Positions 49,490-62,410 of a stretch of DNA of 64,000 bases are shown here, piece after piece. A program made the translations under genes and the position numbers. The stretch lies in NCBI GenBank assembly GCA_000182565.2, contig KQ257454.1; one strand, written 5' to 3'. This DNA is from Spizellomyces punctatus DAOM BR117. Its lineage: Eukaryota. Under the pieces are notes generated by a model. It had not been told where the DNA came from, ran no database searches, and saw only the letters and a program-made list of their open reading frames with translations. How positions within the stretch are numbered: the stretch's first letter is position 1; each line of letters starts with the position of its first letter.

Positions 49490-52400
49490 CTACAGGCCTC
49501 TCATGAATCCACCACTCGGGAGCGACATGGGCATGGGCACACGCCTTCTTTCCTCTGCAGCATGCCACGACGGCTGCTGTCTCTCCCGATGCATCGACTC
49601 CTCGTCAAGTGGATCATGTGAACCCATAGGAGGAGACACACACTCAATGCTTGTGGCTGAACCCTTTTTGCGAAACAGGTTTGTGGCCGATCGGTGGGTT
49701 CGCGTGTCTTTGCTGCCGGATGAGATGGTGCCGTAATGACTACTAGACGACGATGAGCCATGTACCGGACTAAGGGGATGACTTCCAAGTGTCAGATTAT
49801 CCCCAGATTTGGAATGGGAGTGCTTGGAAGAGTCTCGTCCTGTGAGAATGTTGCGGAGAGTTGTTCCAACCTTGTTGGTTCGCGCCAAAAACCCATAACC
49901 CTTCTTGGTCGGGGACTTTGCTGGTTTGGTAGGAGATTTGGGTGTTTCTTGTTGACTAGCTGGAGTAGGAGGTGCTGCAGCCGGCTGCTCTTTGTTAGTA
50001 GGTGGCGGTGGTGGGGTAGTCGTTATCCGTGGTATTGTCCCAGGAGTTGTCACGGTTGGGGGACGTTGAGAACGTTGAGTAGTAGAAAGTGGCGTAGGCA
50101 CCACCATTGGGGACGGAGCATTCATATGCTCAGGTTGGGCGCGAACAGACCCGACAGGAGTCCCTACGTCACTTCCAATACTACCTTCACGTCGTGACCC
50201 TACCATGCGCCCCCAGCTGATTCTCCTCTTTTGTTTCTCCTCTTGAGGGGTAACTAAAGGGCTCATGGGTGCCAAAACAAAGGCGTCTTCATCGTCATCA
50301 TCCACAGCGGCAATGGCATTAGACAAGAGTCCGTCCTGCATACTGAATGGGTACATTGTCGCCTGTGCCGCATTCGATGACACGGGTCCCGAGGAATTGG
50401 TGCTTCCGCTGCCAAGCCCGCGGACGAAATCTTTAATGTGGTCCACGGCTTGTGGGGTACCCACAATGGCTTTGGGTTTGCGCAGCGGGCTGGGACGTGA
50501 CTGGTTGCGAGCAGAGTCGGGTATCGGTGGGATCGGAGGTGCAGGTGGGATGTGTCCAATGTCAAAATGTCCCGCCATTGACATGGGCGACGGGGCGACG
50601 AGAGTTGGCGCAGCAGAGCCAATGTGTGTTGGTATCATTCGTAACGCTAATTGTGTCGATGGGACAGGTGCTTGCGGTGGTGGTGGCGGTGCCAATTGGC
50701 CTGAACCGAGTTGGCCTGAACCGAGTTGGCCTGACCCGAGTTGGCCAGAATCGAGAGCATCTGGCATTGATCCTTCATTCCCGCCACTCCCTCGTCGCTT
50801 TGCCTCATCGTCGAACACTGGAGGTTCTCCGTATACGCTCAGCCCTCTTGACCTGGTGTAGGCTTCAAACGCAGGGTCGGCTTCCTCCGCCAGCGTTGTG
50901 GCAGTGACAGGTGGCAACACTGGTACCAATTCACTTTCCCCATTGGGTCCCCGCTGGCTTGCCTGCTCTTGGGCAGCAACATTGAGTTTTTCCATGATCG
51001 GAATCAAACTTGTTAACTTTGCTTTCTTTTCCACATCTTCTGGGGTGGCCAATGCCTCGATGCTCGCTTTAATGTCATCCCATTTTTCGCTAATGCATTG
51101 GTGCAATACAGCGCTTTCTCTCCTGAGATCAACTCGAGGTTTAGGACAGGGCGGTCGACCCATTCCATCAGGTGGTGTTGAGACCTGCTCAATAAACCCT
51201 TTCATGGCGTCGACATGTGTCGCAATCCAGTTGTTGCACGGCGCCATGTGGGGCTCCTTTCCCTCGAATTCGCTCAAATTGGCCAGATTTTGCAGAATCT
51301 TTGCAATTAGAGTCAATGTTCGTGCTGTAGATGCATCGGGGTGATCATTCATAATTCCAAACAGCTTGGGAGACAAAATAGCCGGACAAAAGAACCGAAG
51401 AAAGATGAATCCGCTCACAGCAGCATACTTGATTTTGGGTTCTGAAAACTTTGTGCCGGCAGTTTGGGCCATGTCCGAAAAGACAGCAACCAGCTCGATG
51501 GGACAATTGTTAGCGGAGCGTTGAATGGCTTCCCAAAAGATCGTGACGTGATTTAGGAGGCGCTTCCAATTCCGTTTCAGTAGCTCGGTTTCTTTGCCTT
51601 GTGGAAGACGAGCAGGATCGACCTCGCAGCTCTCTTTCGAAGTGTAGACACCGCGGATGAGGGATTGAAGCGTCTGATGGAGATATTCTTGACCAACCAA
51701 CTTCATATACTGATCGAGTAGTTTGGTGGCGACAGAATTACCCCGGAAAATGATGTTTGGGTCATCTGCCAGCATAAAACGAGATGAGCACGATTGTGAC
51801 ATCCAAGCGCTAGATTGAAATACTCACCTGTAGCTACAATCTCGTCCTTTGTCAAACACTTGACGCCCTCCACATCTCTATTATGCGCAATCAGAATGTT
51901 TAAAACAGTTTTGGCAAACTCCTCTCTTTGCTGCGTTAATATCCCTCCCAAGAACCTGACACATGTCAAACTGGGTTCTGTTACAATCTGCAAAAACTCT
52001 TCGTAAAGGGCAATGGGCAGAGATTGGTCATTGGAAAGGATGTAAGCGATTCGAACGGCTCCCACGGGAGAGTTTGCGTTGTCGCTGGCTCGTGCGAATG
52101 GGCGGATTTGGTACCATTCTTCGACCTTTTTGCCAGTCTTGAGGGTGGAGAGGTTGATACTCACGTAACCTAGAATAAGTAGCAAACGGTTTAGCTGTTC
52201 CGACAAGTGGATATCGACAATGAACAAGGCCGAAACTCACCAATTTCGGAATCCTTTTGCAGCTTCATTGTAGCGCCGTTGAAGAAGAGTAATCTCAGCC
52301 TCGATCGACAGGGCGGAATGTCGCTGAACCGAAACTCCTCTCCCCAGAAAGGACTCTCCTCATTCCGTATCCCCGTCCTCGCCTGTTTCACATCGTTGAA

Positions 52401-53929
52401 TAGAACAACACAATAGGGATTGATGCTCTTTACAAGTCCCGTGCTGCTCGATTTGAGATCCTTGGCTTCCATTACCCACAGCCGCATGGACCGGACGTTG
52501 GTTCCGTCTTGTTTGGGTGATTCCACACCGTTGAGGCTTTTACCGTAGACTGCAGCACATTTAGGACAGCATGAGCAGAATTTGCGAAACGTCTGCATCC
52601 ATTCATGCTTGTCATTGGCGGATTCTGCAATCAGGTTGTAGGTTATTCGGCCACTAGTGGAAGTCGCACCCTCCTCGCTCCAGTCCAAAATCAACTGAAA
52701 ACAGTTCGCTCGGCCAAAGTAACTGTCGTCAAGAGACCACACCTGTCCCCTTGACAGCGTCACTACCTCTCTAGGTGACTCGGAATCTTCGTGATCGAAA
52801 CAGTATAATATCCCATCGTCCATTATGACAAAGTAATTGGTTGTCCAGCCACTGACTGTGTCCCCTCGTTTAATGTACACTCGCCCAGCCTTGAGCGGGT
52901 TCAATAAACTTCGAACTGAAACAGTGTTGAAATCCACCCGTTCTGCTCTGCCTATGTGGTTTTGTTCAAATATAACAATATCCTTTTGGGTGTCGATACT
53001 GGACATGAGGTCTTGGACAGAGCGAAGGACGGCGCCGCGGGACTCAATGTCAATGCAGTCTAGAGAGGCAACATCGTTCATAGCTTTTCGTATGAGAGAG
53101 AGCCGCTTTTCTTCGTACATTCTGACTTCCTGTATATGACGATATCAAATGAGCACGGTAAATTGAAACCAGAAACAGACGCAATGACTTACGTTTTCCA
53201 ACGCAGGCATCATTTGTTCATAATAAACCTGCTGTGCTGTTGAGCGCTTTTCCTCTGATTTTCTTAATCCCTCCGCGGCAACCGATACTCGCTCAATAGC
53301 CCCTGCAGCCTTGATTTGCAGCTTCTCCAAATCCCTCTTTTTATCCGCCCTCAACTGAGCCTTACTCAAACTATCCACCATTTCGCTCGCCGCTGTCTGA
53401 GCGCTATCATACTCTTGTTTTGCCCGCCGAAAGTCGGTGTATGTGTCTTGCAATTGTCTCGTCAGTGCTCTACCCTGGTCAAGGTGTGCTTTGCGCATGG
53501 CCTCCATCTCCCGGATATGTCCTTGCATTGGGTCAATCACTGTGCGTTGTAGCTGGTTGGCCACTTGTATGTGAGCTTCCGCGAGAGAGTTCAGTTGGTC
53601 AGCTGCATCAAAGACGGCAGTCCATAAGCTCATGCTCAAGAGTTGGGATCGAACTGAGGTAGGGGCACCGGGGGATTGGTGGACTGATGCTGTGTAAGAA
53701 TGTGGCCGCATGCCTTCCCAGGCCGATCGGTGGTAGCCTTGACATAGCTCCGCTGGAGTAACAGCCATACCGTTAGTACCAAAAAGTCGGAACTGCTGGA
53801 TATGACAGACTCACCAAGCGCCATCCCATACTCTTGCTCGATCTCCTGTCTCCTTCTCCAGAATCCCACCAACTCCCGACACTGTCGGGTAGACTCCTCC
53901 GTAAACCCTGCAATCGTCGAAAGCGGCAT
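49490..53929 (-). CDS. Ras GTPase-activating protein with F-BAR(FCH)-PH-C2-RasGAP architecture and long disordered tail, multi-exon
   Basis: FCH-like CRELVGFWRRRQEIEQEYGMAL plus coiled coils. PH KAGRVYIKRG..WMQTF. C2 LWVMEAKDL..PFWGEEFRF. RasGAP IFRGNS (Arg finger), FIFLRFFCPAILSP, IAKILQNLAN, KEPHM. Confidence 0.9.
50693..50752 (-). repeat. 15-bp coding tandem repeat, ~4 copies (SGQLG)n, in the RasGAP tail
   Basis: Unit gagttggcctgaacc on the plus strand; protein DSGQLGSGQLGSGQLGSGQL. Confidence 0.85.
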
Positions 53930-55229
53930 GATCCACTAACGAAAACCAACCAAAATCCAATAATTAAAGATATAGTACTACTGAATACCAAAGGTTACAG
54001 AAGAAGCTCTAAACGGGTTCCAAATCCTCTGCATTCGGCCCGGACTTCTCCCTCAAAAAGAACCTTCTGCGCAGTGTTACAAGAGCAGGGGAAAAATATA
54101 ATTAGACCCCTAAATCACTAGAGTTAGTGGCTCACGCTTAACCAGACCAAACAGCTATTCCAGCAGGGTCCCTATTCATGTGGTCAATTCGTTCATGAAT
54201 GAGTTGCCAATGTCCGACACCAGATCAATCTAAAAATAGCTTTGAGGTAGTGTGATCAACTTCTGGATTTTATCCCACTCATATATGTAACTGGCCCGGA
54301 GATACTGGATTCCCGGTTCTGACCAATTACATGGTTTGCTGCTTCAAGCAAGGTTACGTTAAAGATCAATGCATGGCAGCGCGGTATTTACATGAAATGC
54401 ATCGAGGTGCAGTGGGTGCACATCCGTATCGTGGGGACCTATTGGAGACTATCCATTCAGGGCTTTGTATTCCTCATGCGGATCTATGTGTTTGTCAACC
54501 GCTTTAATCCCTAATAATTCGTAACGTACACTCAAGAGGATTACAGATAAACTAGACCACGGGTACGATCCACGTTGATGAAGCAGAAGTGCGTGGCCGC
54601 ATTTCGACTGTGGTCAAAGCGGTAATGAAATATAACCTTCTGGAACCCAAAGTTTTTCTAACGTTGTCATTTACTCAAAATTCCTGTCAGGAGTGCTAAG
54701 TTTAATCTTCCACCATGAAATCAAGATGCTACATCATTGCTTCCTTTGGCTAGCACTTCCAGTCTGACAGAGTGACAGTCAACTAATTTCTCCTGGAAAG
54801 AGCCAATCTGCCCGGACGATTGCAAGCTCACATTAAATTGTTGCTAATTTATCTAGTACATTCTGGAAATGCTTCATACAGTGTGCACGCCATCCCGTAT
54901 ACTTTGACAGTATGCCAAAGGTTGGAAACACATACAATATCAGTCATTTCTGGCTGTTACGACGATAGGACTTCAAAAACATCGACAGATTGATCAGCAG
55001 AAATCCTGAAGAGCAAGTCCAATCTGAGTGGGCCAAACGTGAGGTCAAACTCACCTTGTCACGCCAATTAGTAAGCAATGACGCGCGACCAACGAGATCA
55101 AGCCACGTTTCAATCACGCAAGACTGCTCACAACTTTTGAACAAACGTATAAATACGATAGGTCACTTTTCAAGATCTACTGCCATATTTTGACGCACTT
55201 TGCACCCAACACAAAACAACAACAACGAA

Positions 55230-55874
55230 ATGCCTCGCAGAAGCGGTGGTGGAAGCGGCGGTCGGGGCGGTTCTGCTCCCAGAACCTCGACACCACCAGC
55301 AGCTCCCCGGAACAGATCTTACTCTTCTGCGCCCCCTGTTAACCCTTCTCGATCAGCACCTCCTCCCCAGCAGCCACGCGGAGATTCCATGTTGGGTCGT
55401 TTTGCCAGCACGGCTGCGGGAGTAGCTGTAGGAAGTGCAGTTGTGAGTGTCTTGATTACCGTTCATGTTATGTTCATAGAGTGCAACAGTTATGAACTAA
55501 TGGATGTTCATGCCATTATAGGGCCACACTCTTGTTTCCATGTTTGGCGGCCTGTTTCCACGATCCGCACACGATCAAATCGCGCAACAGAATGAAACCC
55601 TGCCACCCGATCAGCAACAAGCGGTAGCTCAGGCCTCTCTCTCACAACGCCTATTGGGGACTGCAACTCTTTGGGGTGTTGGTGGAGGTGCATGGTGGTA
55701 TAGAAACAGACTGCTTGCACAGACTCGGAACACGAGGGCGGCAGGTCCGAGAGTGGCAGCGGTTGTGGCAGCTGGTACGTATCATTGAGGTTTGCGTTTA
55801 CAAAGCGCACTGCTTTGAACTTACAATTATTTGTAGGATCCGGTATCTTGGGATTGGTAAATCTGGTCAGCTAG
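55230..55874 (+). CDS. MIX17/CHCHD2/CHCHD10-like protein lacking the CHCH domain, 3 exons
   Basis: MPRRSGGG..PPPQQPRGDSMLGRFASTAAGVAVGSAV|GHTLVSMFGG (family signature). The C-terminus has no Cys: ..LLGTATLWGVGGGAWWY..VAAVVAA|GSGILGLVNLVS*. Confidence 0.75.
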
Positions 55875-56436
55875 AAGAGAATTGGATGATGCTGTTCATG
55901 TTTGTTTGTGATGACGTAAAATGACTTTGTCCGAAAGAGATGTCCGATTAATTGGTTCGATCCACTATACAAGCTTTGTCAGAGCTGTCAAATCATTGCA
56001 CCTCCACCTTGTAGCTTATTTGCCCATTTGCCATCTGACAGGCCCAAGTCATCCTGGGGAGGCGGTTCGCTCGTCCCTTGCTCTCCGCTCAGCGGGTGAA
56101 GTGCTATTCTCAGTAGAAGTTGTGACATGACCGGTTCTCCACTGTTTCTAGTCTCTTCACCTGCTATCTATGTCCGAGATCAGTGACACCTAAGAGCAAC
56201 TTATTCCAATTTCTCTTTGCCATCGGTAGGCAGTAGGCTGTAAGTTTGCACATTCCTTCATTGAAGTTGTTCAGCTATGAATTGCGATAGCTTTTATGTG
56301 TATCATACTGATCTCTTCGAATGTGATCAGGAGGCTTCACATACCTGAACGTATCTCCCATCTTCGTACATACCCCAGACTTTTTTTACATATCTCCAGT
56401 TGCTATGCTCTGGATCTCAATTGGAGACGTGCAGAT

Positions 56437-59400
56437 ATGACCCCCTTGTCGGATATCCAAATGGAAACAGTGCCGAAAACTCCAGAAGAAGCGCACGCTG
56501 TAGCAGAATTTTATCGGCAAAAGTACGAACAGTCCTTGAAATTAGCCAGATCACTGAGCACGACTGTGAAAACCGCAGGTACGCGGCCATTCCAAGTTCA
56601 TGACGAACCAATATCTGGGATCGCTGATGAACCACGATATGCAGCTCCGATCCGTAGTCCTCAGCAAGCACTCCTTCCTGCGGAAGCAGGAATTAGCGCT
56701 GAAGCATCACGTCAATACAATGGAAGTCCCTCTCAACAGGCCACAGTAACTGGTACTGCCGGGTCTCCCGCTTCCGCTGGGCCTGGCAAAGATGCGGTCC
56801 CGTTGACACAGTCAAGTTGGACGTATCCGTCGTCCCGAACACCTTCGCAGCCTACTACTTCAGCTTCATTCCCGGGGAAGACGCTTTCAAATGCAATCAT
56901 CAACAGCGCTGCCCCCATCCAAATACATCCCTCACAGAAAACTTCACCAGCTGGCAAGAATGCTGACATGCAAAACGCACCTGCGTCTTCGCAAGCTGCT
57001 ATCGTAGAGCCCGCATGTTATGCAATTTTGCCATCGTTGTACCCTTCAAAACCTATTCCGCACTGTGTACATGGGAGTGTCGAACACATGGCAGCATTCA
57101 CTGCTAGTATATCGGAACAGCCCCCTGGATCTGCTCGTAGGGTGCCCTCGTCGGATGTGCTGGTCGATTCTATTAGTCCAGATCTCACTACGCAGGACGC
57201 CGGTACTGCGTTTCTTGGTTCACACCTGCCGCTGGTAACGAAGGCCCATAGATGGCAGAGCTTGTCGGGAAATGACTCGACGGTCACCGATGCAGGATCA
57301 GCCAGTCGTGAGGATTCCATGAAAACCATACCTCAACCGGATCCCCAGCAAATGCCAGCGCCCCAAACAAGTCAAGCCACGATGCAGCATACCAGCCAAT
57401 CTCAACAAGCTTCCTTTCCTGCAATGGCGCGGCAAACACATTTGCAGGGATACTTGATCTCAAACAATATTGCAGCTGGCATGCATTTCGCGAATGCACC
57501 GCATTCAGGAGAGGGCGGCATTCAAACAAATGTCCAATCATGGACTTCTCTGGCTCCCGGCCGTTCACCTCAAGTACACATTCCATCTGCGAGCGGGCAA
57601 TTTCCGAATGCTTTGAATCAGCAATCACATTTCATTGGACTTACTTGCGTGCAAGGATCGGGAAGTATTGCTCCAATTTGGTACCCCGTAAATTTGGTAC
57701 ATGCGCAAGGCATGGCTCACCTTCCCCAAGCAATGCTGGCAAACCCAACCGTGACGCCAACACCCGACCGTAGTGCAGCATTTGCGTCTGTTACACATGC
57801 GCAGCTAAAGGCTTCGCAATCCAGTGTAAGGCAACTGCGCCCTGCAGACCTCAGTACATCGGGATCTCTTAAGCTGGCAGCACAAACATATCAATCGCAG
57901 CATACGCCTCCAGCAGTCAGTAACACTCGGGACACTGCTGGCGCTGCCACAGGTCAAGTTCGGCCAACGTCATCGGGGACTGTGGCTGATACAACTTCGT
58001 CAGGAACGCGTCCAAATCATTACCAACAGCAGCAAGTCGCCAGAGGCTTGTATGAAGGAACCTCATCGGGTTCAAGTACATCACACGTGAATGATAACGG
58101 CAATTCACGGCAAAGATGCTCGACGGGCGGGAAATCTTTTGAGAAAATCGTAAAGCGGGCTGCCCATGTACACCAGCAAGAAAGCCAGCTTAGAGAAATG
58201 TACGACGATCTTGTTACAAAGGAGCGAAAATTGCATGAAGAGTTGCATCAAGCTAGATATAGGCGGTTGGAAATGGAAGGTCGAATAATGCCTCAACAGC
58301 CCAAGTCAATCCAACAGCGAATTGAACCTCGAACGGATCCGCAAGGCACCGCAAGCGCAAGGTCCCAACAGCAAGCAGCTACGCAAAAGAGTCATAAGAA
58401 CCAGCCACCAGTAATACATTCGCAGCAACCGGTGTCAAGAACGCCGCAGAAGGTTCGTATGCAGACTGTTCAGTCGCAGAATACCCCTACTGTCACGACA
58501 CAAACGTATCAGGGCGAAACACAAGTCAGTCCCCCTCAGAACCCCCCGAACAGTACTTTTCAGCACAATCCAGGCCCACTTCAAGTTCAACAACCACTGG
58601 GTGCGCCTTCAACTCAACAACATCAGGACTACTTAAAAGAATGGACCGGATATCGACGTCGTTACGCGCAATTGGCCAGTGAAGTGACGGGATTTTTGGC
58701 AAGGAAGCGGCCCGACTTTATAACACCAGCATCTGTGATTCGATGGTTACGTGAACTGGGCAAGCTTCTAGAAGGCGTAGAATCGTATTCGATAGCGACG
58801 AAAGAGCTAGCATGGTTCTGCAGTGTTGAGAATGCTTATTCCTGGATGTATGCTCCGTATCTGAAGGCTGACTTAATGGTGAGGCTTGATAGTGTGTTGC
58901 TTACTTCGTCTAGTGGCTTAATGGAACGTCCTTTTACATTCTTAGGGGTGCTTTCGAGGATTGAAGTTGCCCGTATATTTTGCACAAGTCTATCACGTCT
59001 TCACAGTCGCCTCACAGTTCTCACATCTGATGCTTCCGGAATTACTGGGTACGTATCTGGCTTGCGCCTTCCTTTTATGTCAGTTTTAGAAGCATGTTTC
59101 TCATTCTCGGTCGCGTGCTTGCTTTTCAAGACGTTGTCATGAACGGGCTCACGATTCTCAAACAGCTCGAGCGTGTCAGGGTATTAGATCCAGATATCAC
59201 CCCATGGAGCTCGAATTTTAAAGCCAAATATCTTGCTGTGATGGAACTGCGTCTGCGTCAGATTTCGAAGCATGCATCGACCAACGGCTGTGAATCGTCG
59301 ATTCAGAAAGGTGTGCAGCATCCTCAAACACAACCAAATCTCGGTGAAGCACCGGTCGTTAGCGTCGAGGATGCTACGCCAAAATTTTCGGAACTTTTCC

Positions 59401-61250
59401 CGATACGAAAATGTTACTTGCGGCATCCTATCGAAATTACACCCAAGACAACTTGCTTGTCATTTCTGATCACAGTAACCTCAAGTCTCTATACCATTAT
59501 CCGTATGCAGGATGCAAAGTCTGGTCCCCCTCGTCACTATGTGCGGATAAGTTGTAATCGATCGGAGGACACGATAGAGACTTGGCCATCATTTGTATCT
59601 GGAGTTACCTGCAACGACGTGCTTATGGTATCAGATCGTAAAAGATGTGACGGACCAATCGTTTTGAATGCTGCCCTCGTTGCAGGTAGTAATAAGATTG
59701 CGCTTACTTGTGACTGGGATGGAATTGACGAACAGACGAGGATGGTTGCGGTTGACTATATTGTTTTTGTGGACATGGACGAAGCAATACAGGTAGTAAA
59801 GAAGCAGAGAATTGATTTCAAGACGAGCTGGGATAGATGTGAGTGCGTGCGCCATTGCGGACAGATTACATCCAGCTGAAGTGTTGCCTGTGTTTCCCTT
59901 AGATCTTCAGTCGCGAACCCAGACCCATGGCGATAGCCCTACTGCTCTCTTAGACCTTGTCGATCCTACAACACGGAAGAAATTGGAAATTCCTGTTCGA
60001 ACGTCAGGATGCGCACATGTAGCAGTAAGTTGTTTTTTGCTGTTGTTTAGCTCGGTGCCGGTCTTTTGTTAAGTGACATGATCTCCAACAACCAGTGCTT
60101 CGACCTGCAAACGTATCTCAAGGAGCAACTCAAGCATCGCAAGTTTACATGTCCGATTTGTCATCTCGCGGCTGGTGTCCAAGACTTGCTCGTGGACGGC
60201 TGGATTGAAGCGCTCTTGAGCAAAACGGAGCCGGATGAGACGAATGTACTGTTGAAGTTCCCTGCCATGTCTAGTACAACCAACGAGGAACTCCCTCATT
60301 CAGGCGCCAACGGTGATAGTAATGCCCGCAATAATACCGACGCGTTGCTTTTAGCGGACGATGCACCGGATGTCATAGAGCTTCGAATCCCACCGATCCA
60401 GCGAGTGGACAGAAAATATATACTGGTCGACACACCGTCGCCCGTGCTCACAGCGAGGAGTGGGGAGATGATGGAGGATGTGGAGCTGCTGCCGAATGTG
60501 GACGGTAGCGAAGATGGCGCGGCGTCACCAGCAAAGGATGCAGAAGAATCTCTCACGGAGATGATAGTGGATGTCGAAAACTCTGGTATGGAAGTGGATG
60601 AAGGTGACAAGACTATTCAGATTGCAGACGCAAGCGTTGATCCGTCTCCCGGAATGGAAATGGAGGACAGTCGGGCAACCGAGGACACGAGAGGCGAGGC
60701 TGAGGAGCTGCCAAATAATGATTTAGAGCACCGTGTGGCGGAGGAATTGGCCAACTTACAAGTATACGACCGCGTGCCTGATAAGGTGACAGTAGCTGAG
60801 GACAATGCCCAGGGAACGGCAGTCCAGGAGGTAGAAATCACAGCGCCGGAGACGATGGGGGACCGGATCCTGGACGCCGTAGTGGTGGCAGCAGAGCCGC
60901 AATCCAGCAACGGACTGATGCAAAGCGGTGCTGGAAAGTTACCGGAAACTACTTTCCAAAAAACCCTCCAAGAAGTTTTAGAAGACGACGAAGATATTGA
61001 GCTCATGTCAGGTAGCATCTTAACTCTGCAACCTCAGACTGTCAAGCGCCCCATGTCCCCCCATATCCCGGTTACCGAGGTCCGTTCTCATCCCGTCAAG
61101 CGCCAGAAGCTCAGTTTTCTCCCGCCTCGCAAACTGACCTTTGCCCAATCCATAACAACATTCAATCCCGAGGAAGATGCCGCACAGATTGTGCAAAGGC
61201 TGGGATTCGATGTCGCAACAATGTACCATAAGATTTTCCATACTGTGTGA
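56437..61250 (+). CDS. Large Q/S/T-rich protein with SP-RING (zf-MIZ) domain, putative SUMO E3 ligase-like, multi-exon
   Basis: LDLVDPTTRKKLEIPVRTSGCAHVA|CFDLQTYL..FTCPICH..LLVDGWI; acidic tail with SIM-like VIEL/ILVD motifs. Confidence 0.8.
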
Positions 61251-61563
61251 ATATTCGGTAGATTCAACGTTGGTCGTGTTTGGAAATACGAGAAGCCGGC
61301 CCATCGTTTGCTTTAATTTAAATGCACAGAATTAGCAATGTAAAACTCAACGTTTTTCAAATATATATTAAGGAAAAAATAGCCAATGCAGGGTATGCAA
61401 GAGATCGCTTGGTAACATACAGGAATGGATACAAGAAACAAGCAATGAATGTACAAGAAATTGGCACTACCCAAACGGAAAAAGCCAGTGTGCAATCCAT
61501 CCTACATCATTCTGCAGTCCGCTCACTCCAAAATTCCCTCATCCACTTTGTCAAAAGACGTTT

Positions 61564-61833
61564 TCAGTCCATCGAAACCCACACGTCCAAGGGCGCTGGA
61601 TACTTGTCATTTCTCCTATCAAACAAATCAGGGACATTTTGGACGACCGTTTCCACCGATCTTTTGTTTGTGGCCGCTCCACGGACTTTGGGACCGCTGT
61701 TCAAAAGACGGGGGAGGAGACGGGTGGTGTAGCGAGGTGCTTGTGAGAGGAGAGTAAGTGATATTGGGTGGGTTTTGAGTGGAGGTTGGTGTTGTGCTTC
61801 GTCTTGGTGCAGCTCACTGGAGGTGTTGGGCAT
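61564..61833 (-). CDS. Possible ~63-aa microprotein (one in-frame intron)
   Basis: atg ccc aac acc tcc a|gtgagc..cacaag|ca cct cgc gives MPNTSTPRYTTRLLPRLLNSGPKVRGAATNKRSVETVVQNVPDLFDRRNDKYPAPLDVWVSMD*. Confidence 0.4.
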   Translation of the reverse strand: MPNTSSELHQDEAQHQPPLKTHPISLTLLSQAPRYTTRLLPRLLNSGPKVRGAATNKRSVETVVQNVPDLFDRRNDKYPAPLDVWVSMD

Positions 61834-62410
61834 ATTTGGATAACGGTTGAAATTGGTGTTGGCTGCTGCTGGTGAGGACTTTTTGGCCGGTAACTGGGGG
61901 CGCTGGTGGCTGGCAGGTCTTAAAAGTGTTGTGTTCTGATCAAGTCTCCTAGCGCGACAACACATGCGATAGCGCGACCGCTACGCTATTTTGTGAACGT
62001 CCAAGGAAGCTCAAAAGTGTGAAAAACGCTCTAAATCTTTGGAATTTGGTTCTTCCGTTCTGAAGATGAGAGGCGTGGAAGGTTGAGGAAAGCCGCCCCT
62101 CCCTTTAAACACTTGTTCCCCAAATCCTACTCCAAAAAGCCCTTTTGCGTTTAACGCCAAGTCATGCTGGTTACCTTTTACCCTGTTGCCCCAACTTGAA
62201 GGGTTTTTAGGAAAGCGCGTCGTGTTGCGCGCCGCGACCGGGCGTTTGGCAAACTGACTTTTTACCAGTTTTTGAATGTTTGTAAAAACTGCCACAACAG
62301 CAGTTGATAGGATGCATGCAAAAAGAAGCTGGGTATTTATTCGTATTTACAGCTTTACAGCGGATATGTCTATTCTTTACATTTAGCGACCAAGAAAATG
62401 AGACAAAGCT

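Noticed and set aside
54200-55150. Short ORFs in the RasGAP/MIX17-like intergenic region
   Set aside because: No coding-like composition or splice-consistent model.
59940-60030. SP-RING begins with DP rather than CP
   Set aside because: That position is not one of the Zn ligands; CxH and CxxC are intact.
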